A stretch of DNA of 64,000 nt from Chloroflexota bacterium (GCA_016235445.1 JACRLB010000032.1:10373-74372); one strand, 5' to 3'; positions 24,314 through 36,044 are shown, numbered from the stretch's first letter. The notes: generated by a model from the sequence alone, not told the origin. Program-made: numbers and translations.

Positions 24314-25126
24314 ATGCCCCCTGAACAATCCGACACATTCGATAATAAATCGCGCCAGTCGCGCATTGCGCCGTCTCTCGAGCGTATGTCTGAATGGCCC
24401 TGGTGGTTGATCGTCGCCATTCTGATCGCGCTGTTCATCGTTCTCCAAATCGTCACCAACCAGCGCATGTCCGTTATTTTCAGCGCAATTGCCGCCGGGA
24501 TCGGCGTCACCATCCGGGTCACACTGACGGCATATTTTATGGCGGTATTCATTGGGCTTATCGTCGGGTTTGCGCGCGTTTCCAGCAACAAGTTCATCCT
24601 CAACGTGGCGTCGTTCTACGTGGAGGTGGTGCGAGGCGTCCCCATCCTCGTCTTGTTGATGTATATCGCCTTCGTGGCCGTGCCGATCATCGCCGAGATG
24701 CTTGGCGTTCGGACCCGCGACTTTCCCAACGAGTTGCGCGTGATTTTGGGGCTGGCCATCGCCTACGGCGCGTTCGAGTCCGAGATTTTTAGAGCTGGCA
24801 TCCAGTCCATCGAAAAGGGACAAATGGAAGCGGCGCGGGCGCTCGGCATGAGTTACTTTCAAGCAATGCGCCACATCATCCTGCCGCAGGCCATTCGCCG
24901 GGTTCTGCCCGCGCTCGGCAATGATTTTGTCGCCATGCTCAAAGATTCGTCGCTGGTTTCCGTGCTCGGCGTCGAAGACATCACCCAGATCACCAAGTTA
25001 TATGCCGCCAGCACCTTTTTGTTCTTCCAGTCCTACAGCATTCTCGCATTCATCTATCTCTCCATGACCATTCTGCTGTCGCGGCTGGTTCGCTCACTCG
25101 AAACCAGGCTTTCGGCACACCGATAA
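24314..25126 (+). CDS. Polar amino-acid ABC transporter permease
   Basis: RGVPILV and [23 protein letters not shown] (EAA motif). Confidence 0.95.
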   Translation: MPPEQSDTFDNKSRQSRIAPSLERMSEWPWWLIVAILIALFIVLQIVTNQRMSVIFSAIAAGIGVTIRVTLTAYFMAVFIGLIVGFARVSSNKFILNVASFYVEVVRGVPILVLLMYIAFVAVPIIAEMLGVRTRDFPNELRVILGLAIAYGAFESEIFRAGIQSIEKGQMEAARALGMSYFQAMRHIILPQAIRRVLPALGNDFVAMLKDSSLVSVLGVEDITQITKLYAASTFLFFQSYSILAFIYLSMTILLSRLVRSLETRLSAHR

Positions 25127-25135
25127 CCAAACCCT

Positions 25136-25900
25136 ATGCAAACTCCAATTATCAAACTCACAAACCTTCATAAGTTTTTTCATCACCTGCATGTGTTGAA
25201 AGGGATTAATCTGGAAGTCCACGAGCGGGAGGTAATTTGCGTCATTGGGCGAAGCGGATCGGGAAAAAGCACAATGCTGCGGTGTATCAATTTTCTCGAG
25301 GAACCTTCGGAAGGAGAGATCGAAATAGGCGATCTCAAGATTCCAGCGGGAGCCAAGGGCAAAGAACACCAGGCGCTTGTCCACCAGGCACGCCTTCTGA
25401 CCGGCATGGTATTTCAGGATTTCAATCTCTTTCCTCATTACACCGTGCTCGAAAATGTCATGCGCCCCCCCATCATCGTCAAGCGCATGGACGCCGCGCG
25501 CGCGCGCGAAATCGCAGAAATGAACCTGGACCGCGTGGGAATGCTATTCAAAAAGGATGAATATCCCAGCCGAATTTCAGGCGGACAAAAACAACGCGTC
25601 GCCATCGCGCGCGCGCTCGCCATGGAACCCAGGGTCATGCTCTTCGACGAACCCACATCCGCGCTCGACCCCGAACTCATCGGCGAGGTGCTCAACGTAA
25701 TGAAGAAACTCGCCAAAGATGGCATGACCATGCTCGTCGTCACTCACGAAATGGGGTTCGCCCGCGAAGTGGCAGACCGCGTGCTTGTCATGGCAGATGG
25801 CGAGTTAATCGAAGATGGCAAACCAGAGCAGATCTTCAACGCCCCCAAAGATCCGCGCACCGAAGCCCTCATCGTCCGATACAGGACGGGCGGCAATTAA
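25136..25900 (+). CDS. Polar amino-acid ABC transporter ATP-binding protein
   Basis: [36 protein letters not shown]. Confidence 0.95.
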   Translation: MQTPIIKLTNLHKFFHHLHVLKGINLEVHEREVICVIGRSGSGKSTMLRCINFLEEPSEGEIEIGDLKIPAGAKGKEHQALVHQARLLTGMVFQDFNLFPHYTVLENVMRPPIIVKRMDAARAREIAEMNLDRVGMLFKKDEYPSRISGGQKQRVAIARALAMEPRVMLFDEPTSALDPELIGEVLNVMKKLAKDGMTMLVVTHEMGFAREVADRVLVMADGELIEDGKPEQIFNAPKDPRTEALIVRYRTGGN

Positions 25901-26661
25901 TGGTTATCGCCATCACGCGCCAGGTCAGTTCCCGCTTCAACGAATGCGAAATCACACATATTGACCGCACGCCAATCGATCTCAACATCGCCCGCGCACA
26001 ACATCACGAATACGTTCAGGCGCTTGCAAAAATCGGCTGTCAGGTGATTGAATTGCCCGAAGAGCAGGATTTGCCCGATTCAGTCTTCGTGGAAGATGCG
26101 GCCTTTATTTTGGATGAAGTGGCGGTCATTACCCGGCCCGGGGCTGATTCACGTAAACCTGAAACAGAATCCATCATCCAGGCATTATCCCCCCACCGCC
26201 CGCTCGTACATGTCGCCGCCCCCGCCACAGTCGACGGCGGCGATGTGCTCGTGCTTGGAAAAAATATTTACGTGGGCCTGTCCACCCGCAGTACGCCCGA
26301 AGCAGTCAACCAACTCCAAAGCCTGTTGAATAAATATGGCTATAAAACTGCAGGGGTTGAACTGACCGATTGCCTGCACCTGAAAACTGCCGTCACCCGC
26401 GTCGATGACAAAACATTGCTCATCAACAAAAAATGGGTTGACCCCATCATTTTCGAAGGATACGAGTTAATGGAAGTTGACGAGTCAGAACCATTTGCGG
26501 CAAACTGCCTTCCCGTCAAAGATGCCATCGTCTACCCGACTGCATTTCCCAAGACGCAGGCAAAGCTCGAGCAAAAGGGCTTCCAAATCGTCAACGTCAA
26601 CCTGGCTGAGTTGGCGAAAGCGGAAGGGGCGGTCACTTGTTGCAGTTTGATCATCGATTGA
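25900..26661 (+). CDS. ddah: Dimethylarginine dimethylaminohydrolase (amidinotransferase superfamily)
   Basis: PDSVFVED, DGGDVL, LHLKT and GAVTCCS catalytic motifs; taatg overlap with the ATPase gene. Confidence 0.9.
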   Translation: MVIAITRQVSSRFNECEITHIDRTPIDLNIARAQHHEYVQALAKIGCQVIELPEEQDLPDSVFVEDAAFILDEVAVITRPGADSRKPETESIIQALSPHRPLVHVAAPATVDGGDVLVLGKNIYVGLSTRSTPEAVNQLQSLLNKYGYKTAGVELTDCLHLKTAVTRVDDKTLLINKKWVDPIIFEGYELMEVDESEPFAANCLPVKDAIVYPTAFPKTQAKLEQKGFQIVNVNLAELAKAEGAVTCCSLIID

Positions 26662-26674
26662 CTTGATTTCGGTT

Positions 26675-26706
26675 AAAATCTCCATCTGAACAGATGGAGA
26701 TTTTTA
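26675..26706 (+). terminator. Intrinsic terminator
   Basis: aaaatctccatctg/cagatggagatttt stem with T tract. Confidence 0.8.
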
Positions 26707-26745
26707 TTTCTGCCATACCTGGATTTTTATTCACAAGGCGCAATC

Positions 26746-28344
26746 ATGAATAACAGCAAAAGCGATGCTCTTTTGAGCGCCATCGCCCAATCTGCATTGA
26801 AACTGCTGGAAGCGCCCGACTGGCGGGCCGAAATAAATAACCTGTTGATGCTTTTGGGTGAAGCCACAAACGCCAGCCACGCGTATTTATTTGAAAATCA
26901 CCTGGACGAAAACCAACAACTCCTGACAAGCCAAAAATATGAATGGGTGGGACCAGGCCAGCAGGTTGAGCTGAAAAACCCCGACTTTCAGAATATCCCC
27001 ATCCTTGAAGACGGATTATCAGAATGGTATCAAAAATTAAGCCAGGGAAAGCCATTCTACAATTCGACAAAAATCTTCCCAGATGGCTGGACAAATACAG
27101 CCAGCCGTCAGGAGATCAAAACCCTTTTGGATGTCCCCATTTTTATGGATGGCATCTTCTGGGGCATCATTGGTTTCGACGATTGCCTGCGTGAAATGCC
27201 ATGGTCACAGGCGGAAGTGGATGCTTTGCAGGCCGCCGCCGGAATGTTAGGCGCCGCGATCAAGCGTCAAAAAGCCAATGAAAATCTCAGGGCTTCCGAG
27301 GATAAATTCCATTCGGCATTCCACCATACCTTTGTCCCTATGATCATAGGCCGCCTGTCAGACAGGGTGATATTGGATATAAACGAAGCGTTCAGCGCTG
27401 AAATGGGATATAAACCAGCCGAAGCAATGGGCAAAAAAGCCAGCGACTTAAAGTTATGGGTAAACCCTGAAGAACAAACACGGCATCATCAATTGATTGA
27501 AACACAGGGGTACATCCGCGAGTTCAAGGGAAAATTCAGGCGAAGCAACGGAGAGACGGGGGTGGCGCTTGTCTCTGCAACGCCCATTATGGTCAACGAA
27601 GAGGCCTGCCTGCTGTACACCTTATACGATATCACAAAGATCGAGGAACTATTGGTTGAGTTGCAAAACAAGAACAATGAATTGGAAAGCTTTACCTACA
27701 CGGTATCGCATGATCTCAAAGCCCCGCTGATCACCATCGGCGGCTTTGTCGGATATCTCGAAAAGGCTATTTTGGCGGGTAACCCGCAACAGGCTCGCAA
27801 GGATGTTCAGCGCATCACCCATGCGGTTATTAAAATGCAAAGGCTTTTGAATGAACTGCTTGAACTTTCACGCGTCGGAAGATTTACCAACCAGCCAACC
27901 ATTGAAAACATGGGCAATATCGCAATGGAGGCTGTTCGAATGCTTGATGACCAATTACGCAGAAACAACATTGATATCCAGATCGAGGAAAATATGCCTA
28001 CATTGGAGGTTGACCGCATTCGCTTTGTCGAGGTTTATCAAAACCTTGTGGAGAACGCGATCAAATTCATGGGCGGGCAGGCCAGCCCGGAAATCAGAAT
28101 CGGGGCGGAGAGGAACGCGGAAGGGCTTGTGTTCTTCGTCAGCGACAATGGGACGGGGATCGAACCGGTGTATCATGAACGCATATTCGGTTTATTCAAC
28201 AAGCTGGATGCCAAAACAGATGGAACTGGGATCGGTCTCGCGTTGGTAAAACGGATCATTGAGTTCCATGGCGGCAGGGTCTGGGTGGAATCGGATGGGG
28301 AAAACGGCGCGGATTTCCGCTTCACTTTGAGGAAAGGCGCCTGA
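26746..28344 (+). CDS. Cytoplasmic GAF-PAS sensor histidine kinase
   Basis: GAF (IIGFDDC...W), PAS, H-box [30 protein letters not shown]. Confidence 0.92.
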   Translation: MNNSKSDALLSAIAQSALKLLEAPDWRAEINNLLMLLGEATNASHAYLFENHLDENQQLLTSQKYEWVGPGQQVELKNPDFQNIPILEDGLSEWYQKLSQGKPFYNSTKIFPDGWTNTASRQEIKTLLDVPIFMDGIFWGIIGFDDCLREMPWSQAEVDALQAAAGMLGAAIKRQKANENLRASEDKFHSAFHHTFVPMIIGRLSDRVILDINEAFSAEMGYKPAEAMGKKASDLKLWVNPEEQTRHHQLIETQGYIREFKGKFRRSNGETGVALVSATPIMVNEEACLLYTLYDITKIEELLVELQNKNNELESFTYTVSHDLKAPLITIGGFVGYLEKAILAGNPQQARKDVQRITHAVIKMQRLLNELLELSRVGRFTNQPTIENMGNIAMEAVRMLDDQLRRNNIDIQIEENMPTLEVDRIRFVEVYQNLVENAIKFMGGQASPEIRIGAERNAEGLVFFVSDNGTGIEPVYHERIFGLFNKLDAKTDGTGIGLALVKRIIEFHGGRVWVESDGENGADFRFTLRKGA

Positions 28345-28367
28345 CAACCTCAGGCAAAAGGCGCGAT

Positions 28368-29693
28368 ATGGACAAGACCCCAGCCTACAAAGAACCACTT
28401 TCAACGGCATTAAGAAGGCGCGCTTACGGCAACGAAGCGCAAATTGCGGAAATCATGCGCTGGGTGGCTTTTTCATCCATCTTTATCCTGCTGGCGTTGA
28501 TCATTACAAAATTATTGGAAGGCCTGTACACTGAAGCGCTGGTGATTCTGTGCGGCACCCTGCCGATCATCGCGTGCCTGATATTGATTCAGCAGGGGAA
28601 ATTGACGCTTCCAATTGCTGTCTTTGCGATCAATACAATTCTATTGATCACATATATTTCTGCCAGCGGGTACGGCATTTATGATGTTGCCATCCTGAGT
28701 TTTCCAGTTGTGCTGATCGTAATAGGATTGGTGTTTCGGGGGAGGGTAATTCCCTACCTGACCAGTTTCATCATTTTATGCCTGGCATGGCTGGTCTTTG
28801 GGAATATTCTGGGGCTCTATACCCCTGCAAAAATCACGGATAGCAAAGTGGAGGATTTTTTATTTGCAAGCGCGATCATATTGGTAACCAGCAACGCCGT
28901 CCATCTTCTGGTGAGAACCATTTACCAAAGCCTGGCCCGGGCGCAGGAGGAAATTGCGGAACGTGAGAAGGCAGAAAAACAACGTGAGGAGCTTGTACAG
29001 CAATTGAAATTAAAAAACCAGGAATTGGATCGGTTTGCCATCACGGTTTCACACGACCTGAAAACGCCCTTGATTACCATTGCGGGCTACCTGGGGTATT
29101 TGGAAAAGGATATACGGAATGGGAACAAGGAAGGGGTTAATAAAAGCATTGGGCAGATCAATCATGCGGCTCAAAGCATGGGGAAACTGGTTGATGAAAT
29201 TCTCGATCTCTCCAGAATTGGGCGGATTATGAATCCGCCAAGGGCAGTTTCGTTCGAGCGGGTTGCGCAGGAAGCTCTAAAAGCGGCGGAGGGGCTGTTG
29301 CGGGTGAAACAGGTAAAGGTTAAAGTGGGAAGCGGGTTCCCCATCATCTATTGCGACTTTGCGCGAATCGTTCAGGTCGTTCAAAACCTGGTAACGAATT
29401 CGGTCAAGTTCATGGGGGAACAAACCCACCCGACGATAGAGATCGATTGGGAGGAACGGGATGGCGAACCTATATTTTTCGTGAAGGACAATGGGGTTGG
29501 GATCGACCGCATATATCATGAGCGGATTTTTGAGTTGTTCAATAAACTCGATGCAACCATTGACGGCCTGGGCATCGGCCTGGGGATTGCCAGGCGTATT
29601 ATTGATGTGCATGGAGGCAGGATTTGGGTTGAGTCGGAATTGGGAAAGGGTGCGGGGTTTTACTTTACTCTGCCCGGTCAACCCATCGTTTAA
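28368..29693 (+). CDS. Membrane sensor histidine kinase
   Basis: About 6 N-terminal TM segments, [30 protein letters not shown]. Confidence 0.92.
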   Translation: MDKTPAYKEPLSTALRRRAYGNEAQIAEIMRWVAFSSIFILLALIITKLLEGLYTEALVILCGTLPIIACLILIQQGKLTLPIAVFAINTILLITYISASGYGIYDVAILSFPVVLIVIGLVFRGRVIPYLTSFIILCLAWLVFGNILGLYTPAKITDSKVEDFLFASAIILVTSNAVHLLVRTIYQSLARAQEEIAEREKAEKQREELVQQLKLKNQELDRFAITVSHDLKTPLITIAGYLGYLEKDIRNGNKEGVNKSIGQINHAAQSMGKLVDEILDLSRIGRIMNPPRAVSFERVAQEALKAAEGLLRVKQVKVKVGSGFPIIYCDFARIVQVVQNLVTNSVKFMGEQTHPTIEIDWEERDGEPIFFVKDNGVGIDRIYHERIFELFNKLDATIDGLGIGLGIARRIIDVHGGRIWVESELGKGAGFYFTLPGQPIV

Positions 29694-29696
29694 AAT

Positions 29697-29726
29697 AAAA
29701 CATTCCCGTTGTGACGGGAATGTTTT
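29697..29726. terminator. Bidirectional terminator between the kinase gene and the tRNA
   Basis: aaaacattcccgt/acgggaatgtttt. Confidence 0.85.
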
Positions 29727-29727
29727 G

Positions 29728-29809
29728 TGCGCTGGAGAGGACTTGAACCTCCACGTCTTACGACACACGCACCTCAAGCGTGCCTGTCTGCCAATTCCAG
29801 CACCAGCGC
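29728..29809 (-). tRNA. tRNA-Leu (anticodon GAG), CCA not encoded
   Basis: Reverse complement gcgctggtgctggaattggcagacaggcacgcttGAGgtgcgtgtgtcgtaagacgtggaggttcaagtcctctccagcgca: acceptor stem, long variable arm, GGTTCAA T-loop. Confidence 0.95.
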
Positions 29810-29874
29810 AAGCAGGGCGTATTATAATCGGCTTGCTTTTCTTGTCAAGCACATAAAATTAGAGGAGTAATGGG

Positions 29875-30891
29875 ATGGCCCGAATTGTTGTAGATGCAAT
29901 GGGAAGTGATAATTACCCCACACCCGAGGTGGAAGGCGCAATTCTTGCGGCGCGCGAATATGGAGTGGAGATCATTTTGGTCGGCGATGAGGCGCTGATA
30001 AAACCCGCGCTTGATTCCCAAAACATAGACGGGTTGAACATAAGGGTTGTTAATGCGCCAGAAGTATTGACAATGGAAGACAAAGGCGAAAACCTTGTTT
30101 TGAAGGCGCGCGCAAAGGATGCCAGGAACTCAATGGCGGTTGGCATTGACCTTGTAAAGAACGGAGAAGCCGATGCCTTTGTGAGCGCCGGGAACACTGG
30201 CGCAGGGATGGTGACAGCGCTGTTCAGGCTGGGGCGCATCCGCGGCGTGGATCGGCCCGCGCTTGCGCCGATCTTCCCCACTGCCACAGGTTCATGCGTG
30301 GTTCTCGATATTGGCGCAAACCCCGACTGCAAGCCGGAGAACCTGTATCAATTTGGAATCCTTGGGAGTATTTATGCCGAAAAAGTGCGCGGGGTTAAAA
30401 ACCCGAAAGTTGGGTTGATCTCCAACGGCGAGGAGGAAGGCAAAGGTAATGAATTAGTGAAAGCCGCAACGCCTTTGTTCAAATCTTCAAAGTTGAATTA
30501 TTTTGGGAACGTGGAAGGCAAGGAAGTGATTGGCGGCAAAGTGGATGTGGCTGTCACAGACGGCTTCACTGGCAATGTGATGCTCAAATCGTCTGAGGCG
30601 GTTGCCAAATTAATCACGGATAAGATGCGCGAGATCATCAAAAATGGCGGCCTGCTTACGAAGATCGGCGGCCTGCTCGTCAAGCCAGCGCTTGGGGAGA
30701 TCAAGAAATTGCTCGACCCCAGAGAGCAGGGCGCGGCGCCCATGCTTGGCGTGAATGGGCTTGTCTTCATCGGCCACGGGCGTTCAGACGCGACCGCAAT
30801 TAAGAACGCTGTCCGCGTGGCAAAACATGCCGTGGATGTAAACGTGCTGGACGCAATGAAATCTGCAATCGAAGAGAGTTTAAAAAATTAA
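29875..30891 (+). CDS. plsX: Phosphate acyltransferase PlsX
   Basis: VVDAMGSD, SAGNTGA, DIGANPD, NVEG, VTDGFTGNV, GHGRS. Confidence 0.97.
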   Translation: MARIVVDAMGSDNYPTPEVEGAILAAREYGVEIILVGDEALIKPALDSQNIDGLNIRVVNAPEVLTMEDKGENLVLKARAKDARNSMAVGIDLVKNGEADAFVSAGNTGAGMVTALFRLGRIRGVDRPALAPIFPTATGSCVVLDIGANPDCKPENLYQFGILGSIYAEKVRGVKNPKVGLISNGEEEGKGNELVKAATPLFKSSKLNYFGNVEGKEVIGGKVDVAVTDGFTGNVMLKSSEAVAKLITDKMREIIKNGGLLTKIGGLLVKPALGEIKKLLDPREQGAAPMLGVNGLVFIGHGRSDATAIKNAVRVAKHAVDVNVLDAMKSAIEESLKN

Positions 30892-30893
30892 CC

Positions 30894-31589
30894 ATGAAAA
30901 TCATCAAGAACGAAAAACTAATTAAACGCAACGGCATTATCGGGCAGTGGTTGAGCCTTGGCGCATTGGGTGTGCTTGGATTGGGAATGTACATCTCGTT
31001 CGCCAAACCTGACTTATTCACATATTCCCTCATTTGCCTTTTGATCGGCTTTATCATGACGCAGGTTGGCATGTATATGGGCAGTCGCTGGGGACGGTCT
31101 CCCCGCCCGGACGAGAAATTTGACAGCGGGTTGAAAGGCCTGCACAGCGAATTCTCGCTGTATCACTATTCTTCCCCTGTTTCCCATTTACTGGTTGGCC
31201 CCTCTGGCGTCTGGGCGCTGTTGCCTTATCATCAGCGCGGGAAGGTGTATTTTGAAAAGAACCGCTGGAAGGTAAGCGGCGGCGGCTTCTTGCAGGCATA
31301 CATGAGAATTTTCGGCCAGGAAGGCATTGGACGCCCGGACATCGATGCTGAGAACGATGTGTACCAATTAAGAAAATTCTTCAAGAAGAATTTGGGAGAA
31401 TCGCCCATCCCTGAGATCAGATCCATTTTGGTTTTCACCCATGACGAACTGGAGTTGGATGCGGGCGATTCGCCCATCCCTGCCATGAAGTTGAAACAGG
31501 TCAAGGAATTCATGCGGCAGGGTTCAAAAAACCGAGTCCTTTCCAGTTTGCAGATCGCGGAAATCGGCGGCGTGTTGCCGAAGGAATAA
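30894..31589 (+). CDS. Membrane protein with a degenerate NERD-like domain
   Basis: Two TM helices, then HLLVGPSGVW (NERD-like, but lacking the usual D/E/K residues). Confidence 0.6.
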   Translation: MKIIKNEKLIKRNGIIGQWLSLGALGVLGLGMYISFAKPDLFTYSLICLLIGFIMTQVGMYMGSRWGRSPRPDEKFDSGLKGLHSEFSLYHYSSPVSHLLVGPSGVWALLPYHQRGKVYFEKNRWKVSGGGFLQAYMRIFGQEGIGRPDIDAENDVYQLRKFFKKNLGESPIPEIRSILVFTHDELELDAGDSPIPAMKLKQVKEFMRQGSKNRVLSSLQIAEIGGVLPKE

Positions 31590-31790
31590 ATTCGCAAACC
31601 CAAAAACTATTTGATCTTTTGAATAAATAGAAGCAAGACAGCCACAGAGCGCACAGAGATTTCTAAGAGTTTTTCTCCGTGACCTCCGTGTGCTCCGTGG
31701 TTAAATCTTTTGGCAAACCCACTACATTAGCCACTCCCGAATTTTTGCAAGAAATTTATCAAACACCAACTATGGTACACTTGTTCTAAC

Positions 31791-34589
31791 ATGACCATCA
31801 TTGTCTCTCTTGATATCGAAACCACTGGCCTCGATGAAAACCGCGAGGCCATTATTGAAATCGCAGCCGTCAAGTTCAACGGCCGCCGCGTGGAGGATGA
31901 ATTTTCGACGCTCATCAACCCTGGCAAACACATCCCCGATTTCATCAGCGGGTTGACGGGCATCGATGATGCCATGGTGCGCCAGGCTCCGCGCCTGCGC
32001 GACATTGCCCACGAACTCACCGCCTTTGTCGGCGACGCCCCCATCCTTGGGCACAACGTCAAATTCGATATTGGCTTTCTCCGCAAGGCGGGCTTGTTCG
32101 AGTATCAGCAAACGCTCGACACCTACGAACTCGCCTCCGTGTTGATGCCAACCGCAAGCCGCTACAACCTCGGCTCGCTCGGCCAGCAACTTAACATTCC
32201 ATTGCCAGCCACCCACCGCGCGCTGGACGATGCCCGTGTAACGCAAGCCGCTTACGTGCGTCTCTTCGACATGGCTTGTGAAGTTCCAATTGATACCCTC
32301 AATGAAATCGTCCAGCTTGGCGACTTTGTGGATTGGGACGCCGGCTGGGTTTTTCAACAAGCCTTGCAGATTCGCGCCAAACAGGGGACGCAAGCCAAAC
32401 GAATCAAAACCGCCTCTTTTTCTGGACCTTTATTTGATTCGCCCAAAAAAGAATCATCCACGCCGATACAGAAGAACGAAGAGCCAACACCGCTCGACCC
32501 CGAAGAAATCGCCTCGGTCTTGGAATATGGCGGGCCATTCTCGCAATATTTCGAATCCTACGAACACCGCCCCGAACAGGTGGAAATGCTCAAAGCGATA
32601 ACGAATGCCCTTTCAACCGGCAACCATCTCATGGTCGAAGCGGGAACCGGTGTTGGTAAATCCTTTGCATATCTTGTGCCAGCGGCATACTTCGCAACTC
32701 AAAACAACACCCGCGTAGTCGTCTCCACCAACACGATCAACTTGCAGGATCAATTGATCAAAAAAGATTTGCCCAGTTTGAAGGCCGCGCTTAATTTGGA
32801 TCTGCGCAGTGCGATCATGAAAGGCCGCAGTAATTATCTTTGCCCGCGCAGGTTGGATTACATGCGCTCGCACGGCCCCAAAGACGCGACGGAAATGCGC
32901 GTGCTCGCAAAAATTTTAGTGTGGATGCTGGACAACGCCAGCGGCGACAGGAATGAACTCAACCTGACCGGCCCCACAGAACGCGAAGCATGGATGCGGC
33001 TTTCAGCAGAGGATGATGCCTGCACCACCGAAACCTGCATGGGACGCATGGGCGGCTCGTGCCCGTTCCAGCGCGCAAAGCAGGCGGCGCAAAATTCACA
33101 TTTGCTTGTTGTCAACCATGCGCTCCTGCTTTCGGATGTGGCATCGGGCAGCAGGGTTTTGCCCGAATACGATTATGTGATCGTGGACGAAGCGCATCAC
33201 ATGGAATCGGCCATCACGGGTGCGTTGTCTTTCCGTATGACCCAAAACGATATCGAGCGCATGATGAAGGAACTGGGCGGGTCTTCTGCGGGGTTGCTTG
33301 GCCGCATCCTGACAGACTTGCACCAATCGCTTCGCCCCTCGGAGTTTGGCCTGCTCCAGCAAAAAATCAAACACGCCACCGACCAGGCTTTCCGCGTGGA
33401 ACAACTTGCCAAACAATTCTTCAATGTGCTCAGCGATTTCATCGCCACCCAGCGTGAGGGACAGCCGCAAAGCAATTATTCGTGGCAATTACGGATACAG
33501 CCCGCAACGCGCACCCTGCCCGGCTGGGACGATGTCGAGATGATGTGGGGGCAAACGGGTGAAACGCTGGCGTTGCTCGTCAAATCTCTCGAAGAAATCT
33601 ACAAGGGACTCGGCGAACTGCTGACCGAAGGCCATGACAGCGTGGAAGATATTATGGGAAACGTGAGCAGTCTCATCCGTCGGATGACCGAAGCGGAGGC
33701 GGCGGCCTCAGGCTTGATGCACAAACCATCCAACGAATTGATCTATTGGGTGGAAGTGAATCCACGCGGCGAGAGATTATCTTTGAACGCCGCGCCCTTG
33801 CGGGTTGGGCCGCTTGTGCAAAAACATCTCTGGCATGAAAAAGCCAGCGTCATCATGGCCTCTGCCACCCTGACCACACACGGCGAATTTCAATATATCC
33901 GCAATACGCTCTCCGCAGAGGATGTGGACACGGTTGCGCTTGGCTCGCCTTTCGATTACGAATCAAGCACCCTGCTTTACGTGGCAAATGACATGCCTGA
34001 GCCAAACGCGCAAGGCTACCAGCAAATGTTGGATAAAACCATCCTTGCCACCGCCAAAGCCACCGGCGGACGAATGCTCGTGCTGTTCACGTCCTATGCC
34101 GCGCTCAAGAAAACGGCGCAGGCCATCACAGGTCCGCTGGCGCGCGAGGATATTTTTGTGTACGAGCAGGGTGAAGGCGCTTCGCCGAATGCGTTGCTGG
34201 AGTCTTTCAAAACCACGGAACGCGCCGTCTTGCTTGGCACCCGCTCTTTCTGGGAAGGCGTGGATGTGCCCGGCGATTCGCTCTCTGTGGTCGTCATCAC
34301 CAAACTTCCCTTCGGCGTGCCGTCTGACCCGATCATCGCGGCGCGCTCTGAGTTGTACGAAGATTCGTTCAACCAGTATTACCTACCTGAATCTATTTTG
34401 AAATTCCGCCAGGGATTTGGCCGCCTGATCCGCACCGCCTCAGACCGCGGCATCGTTGCCATTTTAGACCGGCGCGTGCTGACGAAGCAATATGGGCGGC
34501 TATTTTTAGAATCACTCCCGCCATGCACAGCCCGCCAGGGAGCATCCGCCGGGCTGTCTCGTATGGCGGGTCAATGGCTGGGGATGTAG
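31791..34589 (+). CDS. dinG: DEDDh 3'-5' exonuclease-fused DinG-family helicase
   Basis: DIETTG, GHNVKFD and HRALDDA exonuclease motifs; EAGTGVGKS, DEAH, SATL, FWEGVD, QGFGRLIR; four Cys compatible with a 4Fe-4S cluster. Confidence 0.95.
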   Translation: MTIIVSLDIETTGLDENREAIIEIAAVKFNGRRVEDEFSTLINPGKHIPDFISGLTGIDDAMVRQAPRLRDIAHELTAFVGDAPILGHNVKFDIGFLRKAGLFEYQQTLDTYELASVLMPTASRYNLGSLGQQLNIPLPATHRALDDARVTQAAYVRLFDMACEVPIDTLNEIVQLGDFVDWDAGWVFQQALQIRAKQGTQAKRIKTASFSGPLFDSPKKESSTPIQKNEEPTPLDPEEIASVLEYGGPFSQYFESYEHRPEQVEMLKAITNALSTGNHLMVEAGTGVGKSFAYLVPAAYFATQNNTRVVVSTNTINLQDQLIKKDLPSLKAALNLDLRSAIMKGRSNYLCPRRLDYMRSHGPKDATEMRVLAKILVWMLDNASGDRNELNLTGPTEREAWMRLSAEDDACTTETCMGRMGGSCPFQRAKQAAQNSHLLVVNHALLLSDVASGSRVLPEYDYVIVDEAHHMESAITGALSFRMTQNDIERMMKELGGSSAGLLGRILTDLHQSLRPSEFGLLQQKIKHATDQAFRVEQLAKQFFNVLSDFIATQREGQPQSNYSWQLRIQPATRTLPGWDDVEMMWGQTGETLALLVKSLEEIYKGLGELLTEGHDSVEDIMGNVSSLIRRMTEAEAAASGLMHKPSNELIYWVEVNPRGERLSLNAAPLRVGPLVQKHLWHEKASVIMASATLTTHGEFQYIRNTLSAEDVDTVALGSPFDYESSTLLYVANDMPEPNAQGYQQMLDKTILATAKATGGRMLVLFTSYAALKKTAQAITGPLAREDIFVYEQGEGASPNALLESFKTTERAVLLGTRSFWEGVDVPGDSLSVVVITKLPFGVPSDPIIAARSELYEDSFNQYYLPESILKFRQGFGRLIRTASDRGIVAILDRRVLTKQYGRLFLESLPPCTARQGASAGLSRMAGQWLGM

Positions 34590-34649
34590 CGCGAGATAAC
34601 ATCTCGCGCTACGGTTGCCAGCATTTATTTCGACCCGCTCCAATTTAAT

Positions 34650-35945
34650 TTATACTGCCTTCAATTTCCTTAGAATGGTCGAAAGATCATCCAGCGAAAG
34701 GAAGGCGTCCACAATGCGGGGGTCAAAATGCGAGCCTGAAAGTTCGCGGATATTCTTTTTCACTTCCGAAGGCTGAATGCCCTTGCGGTAAGGGCGGTCG
34801 GATACGAGCGCATCCCAAACATCCACCACCGCAAAGATGCGCGCCGCAAATGGAATGCCCTCACCCTTCAAGCCGCGCGGGTAGCCCGTGCCGTCCCATT
34901 TTTCGTGATGGCAATAGGGTATATCCAGCGCAGGGTGCAAAAATTTAATCGGACTTAACATTTCATATGCATACATGGGATGTTTTTGAATCAAAGCCCG
35001 CTCGTCATCCGAAAGCTGCCCGGGTTTGAGCAAAATCCCATCTGGAATGGCCATCTTCCCAATATCATGCAAGAGCGCCCCGCGGGTGATGTGAACGATC
35101 TCATCCTCCTTCAATCCCATTCCCCTGGCCAGGGTTTGAGTCAACGCAGTGACACGCCGGGTATGGCCTTCCGTTTCCTTGTCCCGCAGATCCAGCGCGC
35201 GCACCCATCCTTCGAGCGTGGCCTGGTAGGCAATCTCCAGCTCTTCGTTACTCGCCTGAAGGTCATCGAACAGGCTCGCATTATGAATGGCAATCGCGGC
35301 CTGGTTTGCAAATGCAGAGATCAACTCAAAATTTTCCTGCTGGAACACCCCCGTATGCGCGCGGTTATCCACATAGATGACGCCGATCAACTGGTCTTTA
35401 ATTTTCAGCGGCACGCACAAAATAGATAACAAATGATAAGCCGCCACACTGAACTGCGCCTCGAAGCGCGGGTCTTCCTGGGCGTTCGTGGTCAGCACAA
35501 GCCTGCCCGTTTCCACCACGCGGTTAACCACCGTTTTGCTGACGGCAAATTGATCCTCGTCCAAATCCACGTGATCCAACCCGCGCGCCACATGGACTTT
35601 CAAATTCCCGTCAGACTCGCACAACATGAGGAAGCCGCGCTCGGCGCGCATCAAACGTATCAGCCTGTCCATCACCTCGGATAAAACCCGCTTCAGCCCT
35701 ACCGAAGAGTTGATCGTGCTCCCAATCTGCACCAACGCCTCGAACTGGGTTTCATGCCTTTGCATCTGTTTAGATACGGCATTCTTTACCTTGTTCAAAG
35801 TACTTGCCGCCTGCGTTAATTCCCGCAAAACCTGGGGAGTCTGGCTGTCGCTCGTTTGGGCAAGACTCTTCATTGCGTTGGAGAGTAGGTTGCCTATCTC
35901 CCAAAGCTGTTCTTGAATAACGTTTGAGTCGGATGGTTGTTTCAT
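34650..35945 (-). CDS. GAF and HD-GYP domain phosphodiesterase
   Basis: GAF domain, HDIGK, HHEKWDGTGYP, VDVWDAL. Start 35945 preferred. Confidence 0.92.
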   Translation of the reverse strand: MKQPSDSNVIQEQLWEIGNLLSNAMKSLAQTSDSQTPQVLRELTQAASTLNKVKNAVSKQMQRHETQFEALVQIGSTINSSVGLKRVLSEVMDRLIRLMRAERGFLMLCESDGNLKVHVARGLDHVDLDEDQFAVSKTVVNRVVETGRLVLTTNAQEDPRFEAQFSVAAYHLLSILCVPLKIKDQLIGVIYVDNRAHTGVFQQENFELISAFANQAAIAIHNASLFDDLQASNEELEIAYQATLEGWVRALDLRDKETEGHTRRVTALTQTLARGMGLKEDEIVHITRGALLHDIGKMAIPDGILLKPGQLSDDERALIQKHPMYAYEMLSPIKFLHPALDIPYCHHEKWDGTGYPRGLKGEGIPFAARIFAVVDVWDALVSDRPYRKGIQPSEVKKNIRELSGSHFDPRIVDAFLSLDDLSTILRKLKAV

Positions 35946-36044
35946 TTTGGCTGTTCCTTCTCGAATCCACAATGAATTATGAACATAACAATAAAATAGC
36001 CGCGCTTCGACAATGTCACATTAGGCTTTATCGGTAATTAGAAA

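Noticed and set aside
29728-29809. tRNA-Leu as the integration site of an island containing the two kinases
   Set aside because: No duplicated tRNA 3' end and no integrase seen in the window
31791-34589. Exonuclease-DinG fusion as a novelty
   Set aside because: Well-known architecture in Firmicutes and other phyla
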